64,000 nt of DNA from a virus (lineage: Duplodnaviria > Caudoviricetes): positions 13,609 through 77,608 of the IMG/VR virus record IMGVR_UViG_3300037524_000424; one strand, given 5' to 3'. A model generated the notes under the pieces. It was not told the origin of the DNA. It worked only from the letters and a program-made list of their open reading frames with translations, and did not search any database. Each line of letters starts with the position of its first letter. Position 1 is the first letter of the stretch. Shown in pieces: positions 38,490 through 48,406 of this stretch. Position numbers and translations under genes: made by a program.

Positions 38490-38650
38490 GGTTTACTCCC
38501 CGTTTCCAAACCGGATTATTAGATATACACAAAAATAATAAAACAATAACAGACTTATAGCACGAATAATGGATATTGTATCTATGTTTGTGTGTAATCC
38601 TACGACAAGACCTACCAAAACATGATGTTTTATTTCAATTCTAGTCATTT

Positions 38651-38833
38651 TTACTCCTTCGGCAATTCCGGCAAATCTGCTTTTTCTGCTGCTACAACTT
38701 CTGCGAACTCACGCTGTAGTTCGTCGATTTTAGCGAGTAGGGGGTGTTTAGCTAATTGGTAGTTGTATTCAACTTCTCCTAGCTGTGAAATCAAGGTCAT
38801 GTACTGTTGTTGTAGTTCCTCTTTCCTTTGCAT
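38651..38833 (-). CDS. small coiled-coil protein
   Basis: Heptad pattern. Confidence 0.55.
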   Translation of the reverse strand: MQRKEELQQQYMTLISQLGEVEYNYQLAKHPLLAKIDELQREFAEVVAAEKADLPELPKE

Positions 38834-38975
38834 CTGGATTCTCCTTGTGTATTAATTTAAAGCACCGATCACATAAATATCTGTTATCCATATTCCCGCT
38901 ATAGCAGCATTTAGACGTTAATTCTTCCTGAACTCTATTACAGTTCTCGCATCTCAACTTCTTCGACTTTCTCAA
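38769..38975 (-). CDS. Cys-rich hypothetical protein
   Basis: CENC, CC, CDRC. Confidence 0.45.
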   Translation of the reverse strand: MRKSKKLRCENCNRVQEELTSKCCYSGNMDNRYLCDRCFKLIHKENPDAKERGTTTTVHDLDFTARRS

Positions 38976-39316
38976 AATATTTCCTTTTTACATTTCCGAC
39001 ATACCTTAAACCACTTACCGTCTGCAACATTAGGAATAACTTCATGTTCGCAGTCACTAGGAGACTTATAAACCAATTCATCTAGTCCCCAGATTTTAGC
39101 ATCAGGATTAAACATCCCAAAGTCCAGTTGGTCGTCTATCAACTCTATCTCAGACTCCTCAGCTTCAACTAGTCTAATTCCGTACTCTAAAGCATACCTT
39201 TTTCTATTATATCCTGAAATATAAAAATCGTAAACCTTTAATATTTTAAAGTCCATTTTTGTCCAAGCGTGCCCATGCCTAGTGAACTTTACCCAATCTC
39301 CCACTTTAAAAGACAT
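38972..39316 (-). CDS. KOW/SH3-like protein with Zn ribbon
   Basis: FKVGDWVK start; CEHE...CRKC end. Confidence 0.55.
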   Translation of the reverse strand: MSFKVGDWVKFTRHGHAWTKMDFKILKVYDFYISGYNRKRYALEYGIRLVEAEESEIELIDDQLDFGMFNPDAKIWGLDELVYKSPSDCEHEVIPNVADGKWFKVCRKCKKEIF

Positions 39317-39567
39317 TATTCCTCCCCGCAGTCAATAGGGACGGTTCCCCTATCAAAAGACTGCTTTCTCTGGACGTATAGCCGAGATTCTGGCAGTATG
39401 CGGTATACATAAACCGAACTTCGCACTTCGACTATTTGCCGCAAACTATCGTCTATCTTAGAGACTGCACAGTCGCCGACTTTATAGCGAGAAGAAGCAG
39501 AACATCCTATTAGCAGCAATAAAAGCAGTAGTCTCATATTAATCCCAATCTGTAAAGTTGCGCTCAA
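39316..39567 (-). CDS. small lipoprotein (paralogue of 35817..36047)
   Basis: LLIGC lipobox; RYKVGDC...IDC. Confidence 0.6.
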   Translation of the reverse strand: MSATLQIGINMRLLLLLLLIGCSASSRYKVGDCAVSKIDDSLRQIVEVRSSVYVYRILPESRLYVQRKQSFDRGTVPIDCGEE

Positions 39568-39751
39568 AGCTGATGCTATGAACGTCAGTTAATACTTCCT
39601 TGCCTTCTTTTATGACTTTCTCTACCAGCAACCACTCTAGGTTAGAACCATAGCGGGCATACTTTTGGGAGTACAGAATAAAATGCTCCGGGAGTCTATC
39701 GGCTAGGTAGCGCATGGCAGCAAGTTGCGACTGTTTATTTGTCCTCATCAC
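39539..39751 (-). CDS. hypothetical protein
   Basis: Small ORF. Confidence 0.5.
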   Translation of the reverse strand: MMRTNKQSQLAAMRYLADRLPEHFILYSQKYARYGSNLEWLLVEKVIKEGKEVLTDVHSISFERNFTDWD

Positions 39752-39920
39752 CCCTCCCTAAATATTCGTTAATTTTCTCTTGCATTTCCATCATTTTAAC
39801 ATACTGATTTAATATTCCTTGGATTGTGAATAGCGCGTAAGCAAATCCAAGATATTCGTTAAACTTGTAGATAAGGTATGACATAATAATGTGATACAGG
39901 ATATTCGCCGCTATATACAC
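39735..39920 (-). CDS. small membrane protein
   Basis: Two hydrophobic segments. Confidence 0.5.
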   Translation of the reverse strand: MYIAANILYHIIMSYLIYKFNEYLGFAYALFTIQGILNQYVKMMEMQEKINEYLGRGDEDK

Positions 39921-39922
39921 GT

Positions 39923-40360
39923 TTATCTCCTAATGTTGCTCGCCACTACTCGTTGATAGTAGCGATCTTTGTGTAGGTCTATTCTACCACGTTTTTTAAC
40001 CAAACGCAATAGTCCAGTTGTTCCTCGATTGTATGCGATGATATATTTCTTTTTGTACTTAGGGTGAAGCCGAGACTTCAGCTTTGAAAGATAGGAAAGT
40101 CCATAATGAATGTTTATTTCTGGATCATATAAGTCCAGGGGATATGCCAGGTATTCTTTCCGTACTTGGAATAGACCTCTCTCTCCAATGGAACCTCTAG
40201 CATTTGGTTTATAGCGGGACTCGGTGTATACAATTCCGTGAGCGATTTTTCTATCTATTCCGTAAAAAAACGAGTTGACACTGATTAGCGCACTTATCAT
40301 GTAGAAACCCATAATAACCCCCTTTGTGCATTTAAACGTCAATTGGTGCAAATAGGGCAT
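39923..40360 (-). CDS. soluble lytic transglycosylase (SLT) domain protein
   Basis: VYTESRY...GERGLFQV...DPEINIHYG...AYNRG. Confidence 0.8.
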   Translation of the reverse strand: MPYLHQLTFKCTKGVIMGFYMISALISVNSFFYGIDRKIAHGIVYTESRYKPNARGSIGERGLFQVRKEYLAYPLDLYDPEINIHYGLSYLSKLKSRLHPKYKKKYIIAYNRGTTGLLRLVKKRGRIDLHKDRYYQRVVASNIRR

Positions 40361-40586
40361 TTCCTCCTATCATCATTTGAATATAAACCCCTAACGCTCT
40401 TTTGCCGCAAACTCCGTAGTTGACCCCATAGGACTTCCCCATGTCCTCAACCCGAGATTCTACGCATCCTCTGAAATAGCCGACGCTACAAAGTGCAGCT
40501 ATATCATGTTTCAGGATTATATCCATCTCTAAGAACTTTACGGCTACAAAGAATCCTAAAGCAAAGTATATCAACCGCTTACTCAA
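40332..40586 (-). CDS. membrane-anchored hypothetical protein
   Basis: N-terminal TM, three Cys. Confidence 0.5.
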   Translation of the reverse strand: MSKRLIYFALGFFVAVKFLEMDIILKHDIAALCSVGYFRGCVESRVEDMGKSYGVNYGVCGKRALGVYIQMMIGGNALFAPIDV

Positions 40587-41034
40587 AGGAAGTCTCAGTC
40601 TTTACTGGAAGAAGGACTTCTTCTGGTACTTCCTGATTAATAATTTCCATGACCTTTTTGCTTTCAACGAAGTCGGTATTTTCACACAACTTTTCAAAGT
40701 CGGAAGTAATTTTGTTAGCAAGTAAGTCAAACGTCCTAAGTTCTTTTTCAAGATGTTTAGCATACTCGGTAATTTCATATAAAGAAGTAGCTCGGTCGTT
40801 ATGTTCCATGTTAGCTTTCTTCAATTCATTAATTAGGACAAAGCAGAAGTTAGTCTTAGCAGTCAGTTCTTTCTGTAGTTCCGTCAGCTTTTCTTTGGAT
40901 ATATTAAATTCCTCTGACTTAATGATTTCAGTCAGTTCGTTTACCAGTTTGTTCTTTTCGGTATTATATTCCAGAACTTCTATTACTGAATCCAGCCCGT
41001 CAGTTAAAATTCGTCGCAATTCGTTGTTGTCCAT
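40579..41034 (-). CDS. coiled-coil hypothetical protein
   Basis: First gene after the promoter at 41054-41082; SD GGAGG. Confidence 0.6.
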   Translation of the reverse strand: MDNNELRRILTDGLDSVIEVLEYNTEKNKLVNELTEIIKSEEFNISKEKLTELQKELTAKTNFCFVLINELKKANMEHNDRATSLYEITEYAKHLEKELRTFDLLANKITSDFEKLCENTDFVESKKVMEIINQEVPEEVLLPVKTETSFE

Positions 41035-41053
41035 ATAACCTCCGATTTTCTTT

Positions 41054-41082
41054 ATTATAAACGATTTTTTATTTTAAGTCAA
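41054..41082 (-). promoter_or_regulatory. sigma70 promoter TTGACT-17-TATAAT
   Basis: Near-consensus; an opposite-strand TATAAT lies at 41093-98. Confidence 0.7.
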
Positions 41083-41134
41083 CAGTTAATCGTATAATTT
41101 TAGATCTAAAAACACCTAAAATCAAAGATTAATC

Positions 41135-41217
41135 CAGAAGTGGTCTCGTTTATGAGTCGCTTCGGCGTTAGTGCGTGAGACAAGGAAGTCGAATAGAATT
41201 TAAGAATTTGATTGACT
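41135..41217 (+). ncRNA. candidate structured RNA upstream of tnpB
   Basis: GTCTC 41143-47/GAGAC 41177-81 enclosing CGC-TTCG-GCG; second hairpin AGTC 41187-90/GACT 41214-17. Confidence 0.45.
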
Positions 41218-42333
41218 ATGATAATAAAGATATGGTATATTAATAGTATGGAAAAGAAAGATAAATCAAAAATTACAGTAACCCGTAGCTATAAATTACA
41301 AATTATAGCAAATAAAGCTAAAACAGATACAGCTAAGTATTTGATAAATCGTTATAACTTATATGTTGTTCAGTTTTTAGGGAATATGTATTATTATAAT
41401 AAATCAGAGTCAACTTCCGGATTAGGAGAATTAGCCAATCAAGCGCAGCATTGTGCTAAAGGTAAATCTAAGGCAATTAGAGAATCAGCAAAAGCTACAG
41501 GAAATAAAGTTAATTTACCGTTAAAAACGAACGAAGGGGTTCCTGTTAAAGTAGAAGAAAATAAAGAAACAACATTTGACTATGTGGTAAAAGTCCCTAA
41601 CCATTGGGTAAAAAATAACAAGTTAAACTTAATGGTAAAATCTACTAAAGTTTTAAATAAAGCATTGAAAAATGGATGGACTCGAACTACCTTTGGGGAG
41701 TTAAAACTAGATAAATCTGGTAATCTTTACATCATAATAACCGTTCAAAAAGAAGTTAAACGAGCAGAAAAGAATAAAAACTGTATCGGGGTTGACGTAG
41801 GAATTAGAAATGGAATAGCTAGAAGCGATGGTTACTTAGGAGAAGAACTATCACAAGTAATTAAGTCACAAAAATTAAAGCAATCAGCACGTCAAAAACA
41901 AGGGCATAAAAGTAAAATAAATAAAACTACCGTTAAACAAATATTAGATAAAGAAGCCAAGAAAACTGTTGCACGTTGCTCAGAATCGAAGTTGTCTTTA
42001 GCGGTTGAATCGAGAAAAGTATTGAATAACCTAAGAAGCGGGAAGTTACAGGGTTGGGCAAGAAACTATTTTGCCAATCGTTGTGAAATCTTATGTAAGG
42101 AAAATTCAGTATTCTTCGTAGAAGTAAATCCATACCAAACATCGCAGTTGTGTGGTCATTGCGGTTCCGAAGGAATTCGTGATGGAAAACAGTTTAACTG
42201 CCTTTCTTGCCAGAAAACCTTTGATGCTGACTTAAATGCCAGCATCAATATAGCAAAGAAAGGACGGCAAGTGATTGAACAAATCGCGATCAGGTTGTCG
42301 GAAAAAGCGAGGCGTGATGCGAGCGTTTCGTAA
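41212..42333 (+). mobile_element. tnpB: solo TnpB (IS200/IS605-family RNA-guided nuclease)
   Basis: RuvC-I IGVDVG, RuvC-II AVES, CGHC/CLSC Zn finger, RuvC-III DADLNASINI; real start probably ATG 41248 behind TTGACT-18-TATATT; no tnpA. Confidence 0.85.
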
Positions 42334-43330
42334 ATGTACCTGAACAAGCGTCGTAGAAAGGACATTTCTTTCCAAACATCCGTAAACACTGTGTTTCGTC
42401 CTTGGGGAAGTTCTCGGATTTAATTTCGTGGAGTATAGCGTCAATTTCGGCTATAATCGACTCCTGAGTTTCCGGGACTACCGGCATAAACATTTCCTGG
42501 AACTCTGCCACTACCTCACCTTTCTTAGCCCCTCTCTGAGGCGTTTTAATGCCCTTTAAAGCGATGATATAGCCGATGGCACCCACTTCCCTGTCATAGT
42601 CGTATAAATTGAGCTGTTGGGACTTTAATAGCTTCTCAGGGGTATACTTGGCTGAGGCGGTCTTAAAGTCGGCTATAACTCGTTGGATATTGCCAGGTTC
42701 TACCTCATAGTCGCAGATTAAGTCCAGGAATCCCCGGATTTCATCTCCTGCCGAGTTTTTGATAGAGATAGCACCCTCGATTTCGTAGACAGTCTTGATT
42801 TTAGGATTAATATCCAATAAAAAATGTTTAATTAGGATGTGTCCTTTACGTCGCAAGGATAACCAGTTGTAGAGATTATATAGCGCAGTCTCGGACTCAG
42901 TGAGGTTGTATTGGTTGAACTCTGCTCTTAGGTAGTCGAAGTCTACATAGTCCTCAAAGCCACAGGATGCTTTATAGTCGGCAATAACCGAGTAATCCTC
43001 GGGAGTCAGTATTTTAGGATCGAAGTCGTTCTTAAAATAAGAGACTTCTGTACTATTAGATAGGTCGATTGACCTACCATTAAAGTCGATGGTTCGCAGC
43101 TTATCGTCGAAAAAGTCGTAGGGATTGCTGCCTAGGATTTTCTTTTCGTCGTCTGTTAAGTTAGTTTTGCGGTCAAGGATAAGCATCTGGAAGGTGGAAC
43201 CTAGGGCAGAGCCGAAGAATAGGGCACTAGAAACAGTGGTTTCGGAGTATTTCTCGACGTACTTGAACTTGTAAGCAGCAGGGCAAGTCCGGTAAAGTTC
43301 GAGAGCTGAGTGACTAAGTTTCACTGTCAT
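42290..43330 (-). CDS. PD-(D/E)XK nuclease (Cas4/RecB-like)
   Basis: LSHSAL..Y..CP N-terminus, RGFLDL...IADFKT, C..C..CPFYDAC. Confidence 0.8.
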   Translation of the reverse strand: MTVKLSHSALELYRTCPAAYKFKYVEKYSETTVSSALFFGSALGSTFQMLILDRKTNLTDDEKKILGSNPYDFFDDKLRTIDFNGRSIDLSNSTEVSYFKNDFDPKILTPEDYSVIADYKASCGFEDYVDFDYLRAEFNQYNLTESETALYNLYNWLSLRRKGHILIKHFLLDINPKIKTVYEIEGAISIKNSAGDEIRGFLDLICDYEVEPGNIQRVIADFKTASAKYTPEKLLKSQQLNLYDYDREVGAIGYIIALKGIKTPQRGAKKGEVVAEFQEMFMPVVPETQESIIAEIDAILHEIKSENFPKDETQCLRMFGKKCPFYDACSGTFTKRSHHASLFPTT

Positions 43331-43604
43331 ATTTTTCCTTTACGACCTTCTCTAGGTACTTGCATATTAATAGCGTATGCTCACAATGTTTGTCCCAAGG
43401 TACGCTTGAGTATTTTAACACGTATTACTTCTCGACGCTACATATATCCGGACGAGTTTCGTAGATAGCACAGGATTTGTCTGGATTCAGATGTTTACAG
43501 TGTGGTTTATCAGGATGTTTATAGTCCTCATAGCCGGGAACGTGGTGGATTAGGTAGCAGCAAGCACCACATCCATAGCAAGGGAATGGGGTATTAGATG
43601 ACAT
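43314..43604 (-). pseudogene. YkgJ-family Cys-cluster gene with in-frame TAA
   Basis: MSSNTPFPCYGCGACC...CKHLNPDKSCAIYETRPDICSVEK*YVLKY...; TAA at 43425-27, frame stays open to TAG 43314-16; SD GAGGT. Confidence 0.6.
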
Positions 43605-45282
43605 TTAGTACCTCGTTTAGGGGCAACAGTACCCTATTTAGTCGTTTAATATATTTTGCTTGACCCGCGTCGTATAGTTTATACAACTTTAGTTCTTTGG
43701 CGTGTTCTCTCTCAGTTAAATGTCTATCATCCATGTTTGCTCGGCAATGTAGTCTATTAAAGACATTGATGTTATTCGTCCACCACCATCCTAGCGTAAT
43801 ATTTTCTAAGGTGTATCCTATTTGACTAATAGCATCACCATTACCATAGCGTAAATCAATATAGTATTGGATGAACTGAGGATTATTGTTGATTTCTATA
43901 TATTTTAAGAGTTTTGATAACCCTCCATATACTTGAGTATTTAGTTCGCAACTAAACCTAGAAATGTCTATACCCTCTTTATATTTTTTATAAGATGCCA
44001 TACAAACCAGTCTACCATTAAAAAAAAGACCGATATGCTTTGCCGTTTTATATTTCCCCATTAAATGAGTTCTATTTAAAAAAACTTCAGCTTCATTACT
44101 TAATACTGATCTAATTTCACAATTCCTAGCATAAACTCTAGTCTGGTATATACCGAGTTTGCTTAGGATTATTGATTGCACTATTTCTTTTTTCTGCAAC
44201 CACTCCGATTCCCAAAATTGTAACAGTCTAATGTTGTGTTTTTCTACCTCTACTCTTTTTTGAAAATGGTAGTGCTTATTCCGCTTATTTTCATTATGCC
44301 AGTAAAGTCCGTGGTATTCAATCCCTATGTTATATTTTTGTAAATATATGTCTATTTCTTTTGGTGCAATTAGTCTGCGCTGCCTTCTTTTGTATTCGAT
44401 GTTATGTTCATCTAGAAACTTGCAGATTTCTATTTCTCCAATAGATGCTTTTTTTGAACAAGTAGGACAGTTAGTTCCTTTTTCTCGGTACAGATTAAAT
44501 ACCAAAGCAGACCAATTAGGATGGTTTTTGTTTTTTAAACATTTATATTCTAATATAGAAGTCAAATTTTTGTGTTCACCTCCAACTATTTCTATTCCTT
44601 TATCTAACAGGACATTTTTTATGTCATCTAGCGGAGTTGTCATATTTTCACGTCTTCTATCTGTTGAACACTCCCAACACCCAGTTCCTTTACTTTTAAC
44701 TTCATTAGGTGCAGTCCACCATAATGGGTGTTCTTTATTAATAAGACACCCAAACTGTGCCCTTTTTTGGGTATTAGTGAATGTTTCTTCTACTATATAT
44801 ATGTTTTTTTCTGCACATACTGTTTTAATTTCATCCAAAGTAATTCTTTTAGGACCCATGGTTTTTCTAGAGCAATGGGGACATCCTCCCCCTGTTTTCA
44901 AGTCCCCAGGTTTACACCACCATTTCGGGTGGGTTAGATCTTGCATACACTCTGCCAAAATCCTACCTTTACTATCATAATTTGTAACGTCAATTTTAAC
45001 ATTTCTTTTACCACATTCTTTAATTAAATTCTCATATAAGTCTAATTTTCTACAAAATGCACAGTGAGGATTGCTATATCGTATAGTGTGAACGGATGCA
45101 TATATTTTCGGATGTAACTCGTTTCGTAGACAATGGATTTCCAATTTATTTTTTATAATAAACGACGGACTTTTCACAATTAAGTTCTTAGGGTTTAGGA
45201 TCGAATTTACTTCTTTAAATAAAGCTTCATTAATCCCAACTGTTGTTCTTTTTCCATTCATTCTTTTTTTGTTCCTTTTCAT
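43594..45282 (-). CDS. Hef-like homing endonuclease with Zn-ribbon repeats
   Basis: Repeated C..HPxW...GxGCPxCS; EIDIY...IGIEYHGLYWH nuclease motif. Confidence 0.7.
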   Translation of the reverse strand: MKRNKKRMNGKRTTVGINEALFKEVNSILNPKNLIVKSPSFIIKNKLEIHCLRNELHPKIYASVHTIRYSNPHCAFCRKLDLYENLIKECGKRNVKIDVTNYDSKGRILAECMQDLTHPKWWCKPGDLKTGGGCPHCSRKTMGPKRITLDEIKTVCAEKNIYIVEETFTNTQKRAQFGCLINKEHPLWWTAPNEVKSKGTGCWECSTDRRRENMTTPLDDIKNVLLDKGIEIVGGEHKNLTSILEYKCLKNKNHPNWSALVFNLYREKGTNCPTCSKKASIGEIEICKFLDEHNIEYKRRQRRLIAPKEIDIYLQKYNIGIEYHGLYWHNENKRNKHYHFQKRVEVEKHNIRLLQFWESEWLQKKEIVQSIILSKLGIYQTRVYARNCEIRSVLSNEAEVFLNRTHLMGKYKTAKHIGLFFNGRLVCMASYKKYKEGIDISRFSCELNTQVYGGLSKLLKYIEINNNPQFIQYYIDLRYGNGDAISQIGYTLENITLGWWWTNNINVFNRLHCRANMDDRHLTEREHAKELKLYKLYDAGQAKYIKRLNRVLLPLNEVLNVI

Positions 45283-47335
45283 CTAACTTGTCTGATTCTA
45301 TCATATCCAGCAAGTCTTGGAAACCCAATTTTTCTGTAGATGTTAAATCTCTTACTCTCGCCTTCTCTCCATCAAAATACATCGGGATGCTCCCCATTGG
45401 ACCGAAACGATTTTTCAGTATGTTAGCTACCATATAATTGTCGTAGTCTTTGTACTTCAAGGACTGCCCGGGTCTATGAATACCTATACCTACACTGATG
45501 CCTTGTTCGATCAAGCTCGCTCCTTTTATCGACCTCATATTCTCAATCGGCTCCCCAGGCTTAACAGTCTTCTGCGTTTGCATTAACGTAATCCCCAGGA
45601 CGTTCTCATCAGCACAAATGTTGGCAATATGCTGCGCTACCACACCGGATGCCATAGAGGGGTCCATGCTGACCGGCGGTGTTACGTTTTCGAGATAGTC
45701 GATAAGGATTAGTCTAACCTTCTTATCGTGCAGTCTTTCATATTCGTGAATAGCATCCCGAATATCAGCAGGAGTTACCCCAAACTTAAAGGAATATCCA
45801 ACATTCTTATAAACCTCTAAAGCTCGCTTTCTGATTTCCTCGAACTCTTTAGGATTTTCTTTTGCCAACAAAAAGACTTTATCAATATTATATCCAGTAA
45901 TGTCCTTAATCATATTTGTAGCGATTAGCGAGGCGTTCATATCTAAGCTAAAGAATAAAGCAGTTTCTCCATTCAACGAAGTGTTTCTTAGGATGTTCAT
46001 TGACAGGGTCGTTTTTCCGCTCCCGGGCGAACCAAGTATGGAGACTGAGGTTCCCGTAATCAACTTAATTTGTTTATCAAATTCTTTAATGCCAGTCTTA
46101 ATAGTATTCTTTTCGATGTCAACCGAAAACTTTTTAAACTCATTGAAGATAAACCCATTATCGACTATAATCTCTTTCTCTTGCAATAGCGACGTTGGTA
46201 GCTGCGCCCTAATCCTTGCTAATATAGGATGTCCTGGACCATAAGTCCCTCCCTGCCAATTAGGACTGAAAACCGTAGCTATGATATTATTCCAAAGTTC
46301 TTCCTTGGAGAATCTCTCACGATTAAAGATAGAGGAATGTCTGCGGTCAGCATCTTTGATTGCGCTGTAGGACTTTTCTGCATCATGTCCACTAGCCCGA
46401 TATGAAGCCGCTAAAATCATGTACGCATCGTGTCTATCACCAATACCATACCCTAAACCTTGAGACAGTACCCACTTCTCGGGAGTTAAATACTTCACTC
46501 TAGTAGTAAAATCCAAGTTAGATATACTGGAAACCAGTTCTGAAGATAATTCCCTCATCGGAGCTGCTATCTTGACATTCTGGACTTTCTTTAGAGTTGC
46601 TGGCAATTCCGCCGGACTATATACGTCCTTAATGTCTTCAATATTTATCCTATTCTTGCATACATCACGTATATCGTCTATCTTATTGTCTAATGCTTCT
46701 ATAGGTAGTGGGGTTTTATAGAGTCCCGAACTGTGCCTAGTCAACGGCACTCGAAATATCCTAGTTGGGTTATATATCCTAACGTCAAAGGTTTTCAGTC
46801 CTTCAGCAAGCTTATAACAGACATTTTTCAGTTGGTCTGGGGTTATGAAGTCAGTCAACTCGACGACTATAGAGAATCCCTTACCGCCACTGAAAGCAAC
46901 TTGGATGTTTTTTTCTTTGAACTTTTCGGCTTTAAGTCGGGTGATAAGTTCTTTAGCGTCAGCTTGAGACTCGGCTATAACTTCAGAGTCGAAGTCCCAA
47001 ACGAGTTTGTTGGTTACGATGTCAGTCATGGTTTCATATCGAGTGCCAGTTCTAACGTCCACCACGTTCCCAGTACCCCTAATGCGTTCGGTAGTCTTGC
47101 CGTAGCTATTGGCGACGACTATCTCCTTTAACGCCTCCTCTTTTTGGATTTCATTATAGAGGTAGATAGACTGGTAGTAGTCCTGGTCAAAGTCTTTAAT
47201 GTGGTAGTATGGCAGTTCGGTATGCTCGATAAACCTATAACGGAGGTCATATAACCCTGAATGGAGGCGATAATAGAGTTTAGACATAGTGAAATTCCTT
47301 CTTAAAGTTATCGATGTCCCAGACGATTTTAACAC
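45230..47335 (-). CDS. primase-helicase (prim-pol plus DnaB-like SF4 helicase)
   Basis: WDFDS, FSGGKGF, RIFRVP; GSPGSGKT Walker A, ILIDYL, KNRFGP; probable start MSKLYY at 47287. Confidence 0.85.
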   Translation of the reverse strand: MLKSSGTSITLRRNFTMSKLYYRLHSGLYDLRYRFIEHTELPYYHIKDFDQDYYQSIYLYNEIQKEEALKEIVVANSYGKTTERIRGTGNVVDVRTGTRYETMTDIVTNKLVWDFDSEVIAESQADAKELITRLKAEKFKEKNIQVAFSGGKGFSIVVELTDFITPDQLKNVCYKLAEGLKTFDVRIYNPTRIFRVPLTRHSSGLYKTPLPIEALDNKIDDIRDVCKNRINIEDIKDVYSPAELPATLKKVQNVKIAAPMRELSSELVSSISNLDFTTRVKYLTPEKWVLSQGLGYGIGDRHDAYMILAASYRASGHDAEKSYSAIKDADRRHSSIFNRERFSKEELWNNIIATVFSPNWQGGTYGPGHPILARIRAQLPTSLLQEKEIIVDNGFIFNEFKKFSVDIEKNTIKTGIKEFDKQIKLITGTSVSILGSPGSGKTTLSMNILRNTSLNGETALFFSLDMNASLIATNMIKDITGYNIDKVFLLAKENPKEFEEIRKRALEVYKNVGYSFKFGVTPADIRDAIHEYERLHDKKVRLILIDYLENVTPPVSMDPSMASGVVAQHIANICADENVLGITLMQTQKTVKPGEPIENMRSIKGASLIEQGISVGIGIHRPGQSLKYKDYDNYMVANILKNRFGPMGSIPMYFDGEKARVRDLTSTEKLGFQDLLDMIESDKLDEKEQKKNEWKKNNSWD

Positions 47336-47480
47336 AATTCCAAGAAGAAGTCAAAGCATCTACGACGTTTTCTAGTTCGACTAGAGTGAAGCACTGTTGA
47401 TTGGGAAAGGGAGATAGTCCGTTGGGGGCGACTATGGTAAACTGGAAGTTGCCGATATAGCGAACAGTAAAGACTGTCAT
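47280..47480 (-). CDS. hypothetical protein
   Basis: Small ORF with GGGG SD. Confidence 0.5.
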   Translation of the reverse strand: MTVFTVRYIGNFQFTIVAPNGLSPFPNQQCFTLVELENVVDALTSSWNCVKIVWDIDNFKKEFHYV

Positions 47481-47539
47481 CTTTCCCCCTTATTTAGGCG
47501 GCAGCCACCTCACCACTAACCAGGTGACGGTTGGGGGTC

Positions 47540-47794
47540 TTATTCCTCGATCTTTAATACTAAGTCGTTTAAGATAAAGTCTGGAGCTTTTTCATTTGGG
47601 GAGTACATACTGATACGAACTTTAGGAAGTTTCTTGTCAGTTAAGTCCTTACCCTTGAGATTTTCCGCACCGAAAGCAGACAAGTATTCAATGAACGCTT
47701 TCAGATTGAAGTTGTTCAATTGGATGTACTGGTAGTCGTTGCCGTCTTTACCTTTCGCTTGACAAATAGATCCTACGTTTACAAATTTAGCCAT
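47540..47794 (-). CDS. small SSB-like protein
   Basis: Follows ERF gene; beta-rich; APDF motif. Confidence 0.4.
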   Translation of the reverse strand: MAKFVNVGSICQAKGKDGNDYQYIQLNNFNLKAFIEYLSAFGAENLKGKDLTDKKLPKVRISMYSPNEKAPDFILNDLVLKIEE

Positions 47795-47805
47795 AAATCC
47801 TCCTA

Positions 47806-48267
47806 TTAAAAGTCGCTATTCTTTTTAAAACTGGGAACCGTCCCAACTTTTTTTGTATCTTCTTTCTTTTCTTTTTTCTCTGAGTCATAAGAATCTTTAG
47901 CACGATTAGCGTCGTCATCTTCTGGGGCAATCCCACAAGCCGCCATTAATGAATAGCGTCTGCCATACGTCAAAGCAGAGCCAAACCCTTGCGGATCTTT
48001 CTTAGAAGCAGGAACAAACAACGTCCCACATCGCAACGATTCCCCAGATTCATGCATTAACACAGTTTCGATAATAATGCCGTCGACATGGTCTTTAGTT
48101 TCTTGGTACATGACTATTCCACACTCAAGAAAAGCGTCGTCAACTGCCTCAATACAAGCAGCTAAATCAGCATACTTACTTTTGAAGTGAGGATTAGTTG
48201 ATGCTTTCATCGCTGGTGCAAACTTCTTCTTTGCGTCTATAAATGCCTTTGCTAGTAAACTTCCCAT
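47806..48267 (-). CDS. erf: ERF-family single-strand annealing protein
   Basis: NPHFKSKYADL...LMHESGE...DPQGFGSALTYGRRYSL...EDDD. Confidence 0.9.
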   Translation of the reverse strand: MGSLLAKAFIDAKKKFAPAMKASTNPHFKSKYADLAACIEAVDDAFLECGIVMYQETKDHVDGIIIETVLMHESGESLRCGTLFVPASKKDPQGFGSALTYGRRYSLMAACGIAPEDDDANRAKDSYDSEKKEKKEDTKKVGTVPSFKKNSDF

Positions 48268-48290
48268 AATTAACTCCTTTCAGTTACCTA

Positions 48291-48319
48291 ATTTTATCAC
48301 GTCAGCTAACGGATGTCAA
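48291..48319 (-). promoter_or_regulatory. sigma70 promoter TTGACA-17-TAAAAT
   Basis: Near-consensus with extended -10. Confidence 0.7.
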
Positions 48320-48406
48320 CAATTTTCTTGCAACATTGAGGAGTGTCGTTAAATCCTATTTTAAAGGAAACTGCGGCTATAAGCACCGCCAGCAATATTA
48401 AATTTT

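Noticed and set aside
40587-40595. AAGGAAGTC match to the putative TnpB guide
   Set aside because: Only 9 nt and also present near 20866; expected by chance
41135-42333. Complete IS605 element or CRISPR-Cas12 locus
   Set aside because: No tnpA or serine recombinase, no repeat-spacer array; the adjacent PD-(D/E)XK gene is a replication-module nuclease on the opposite strand
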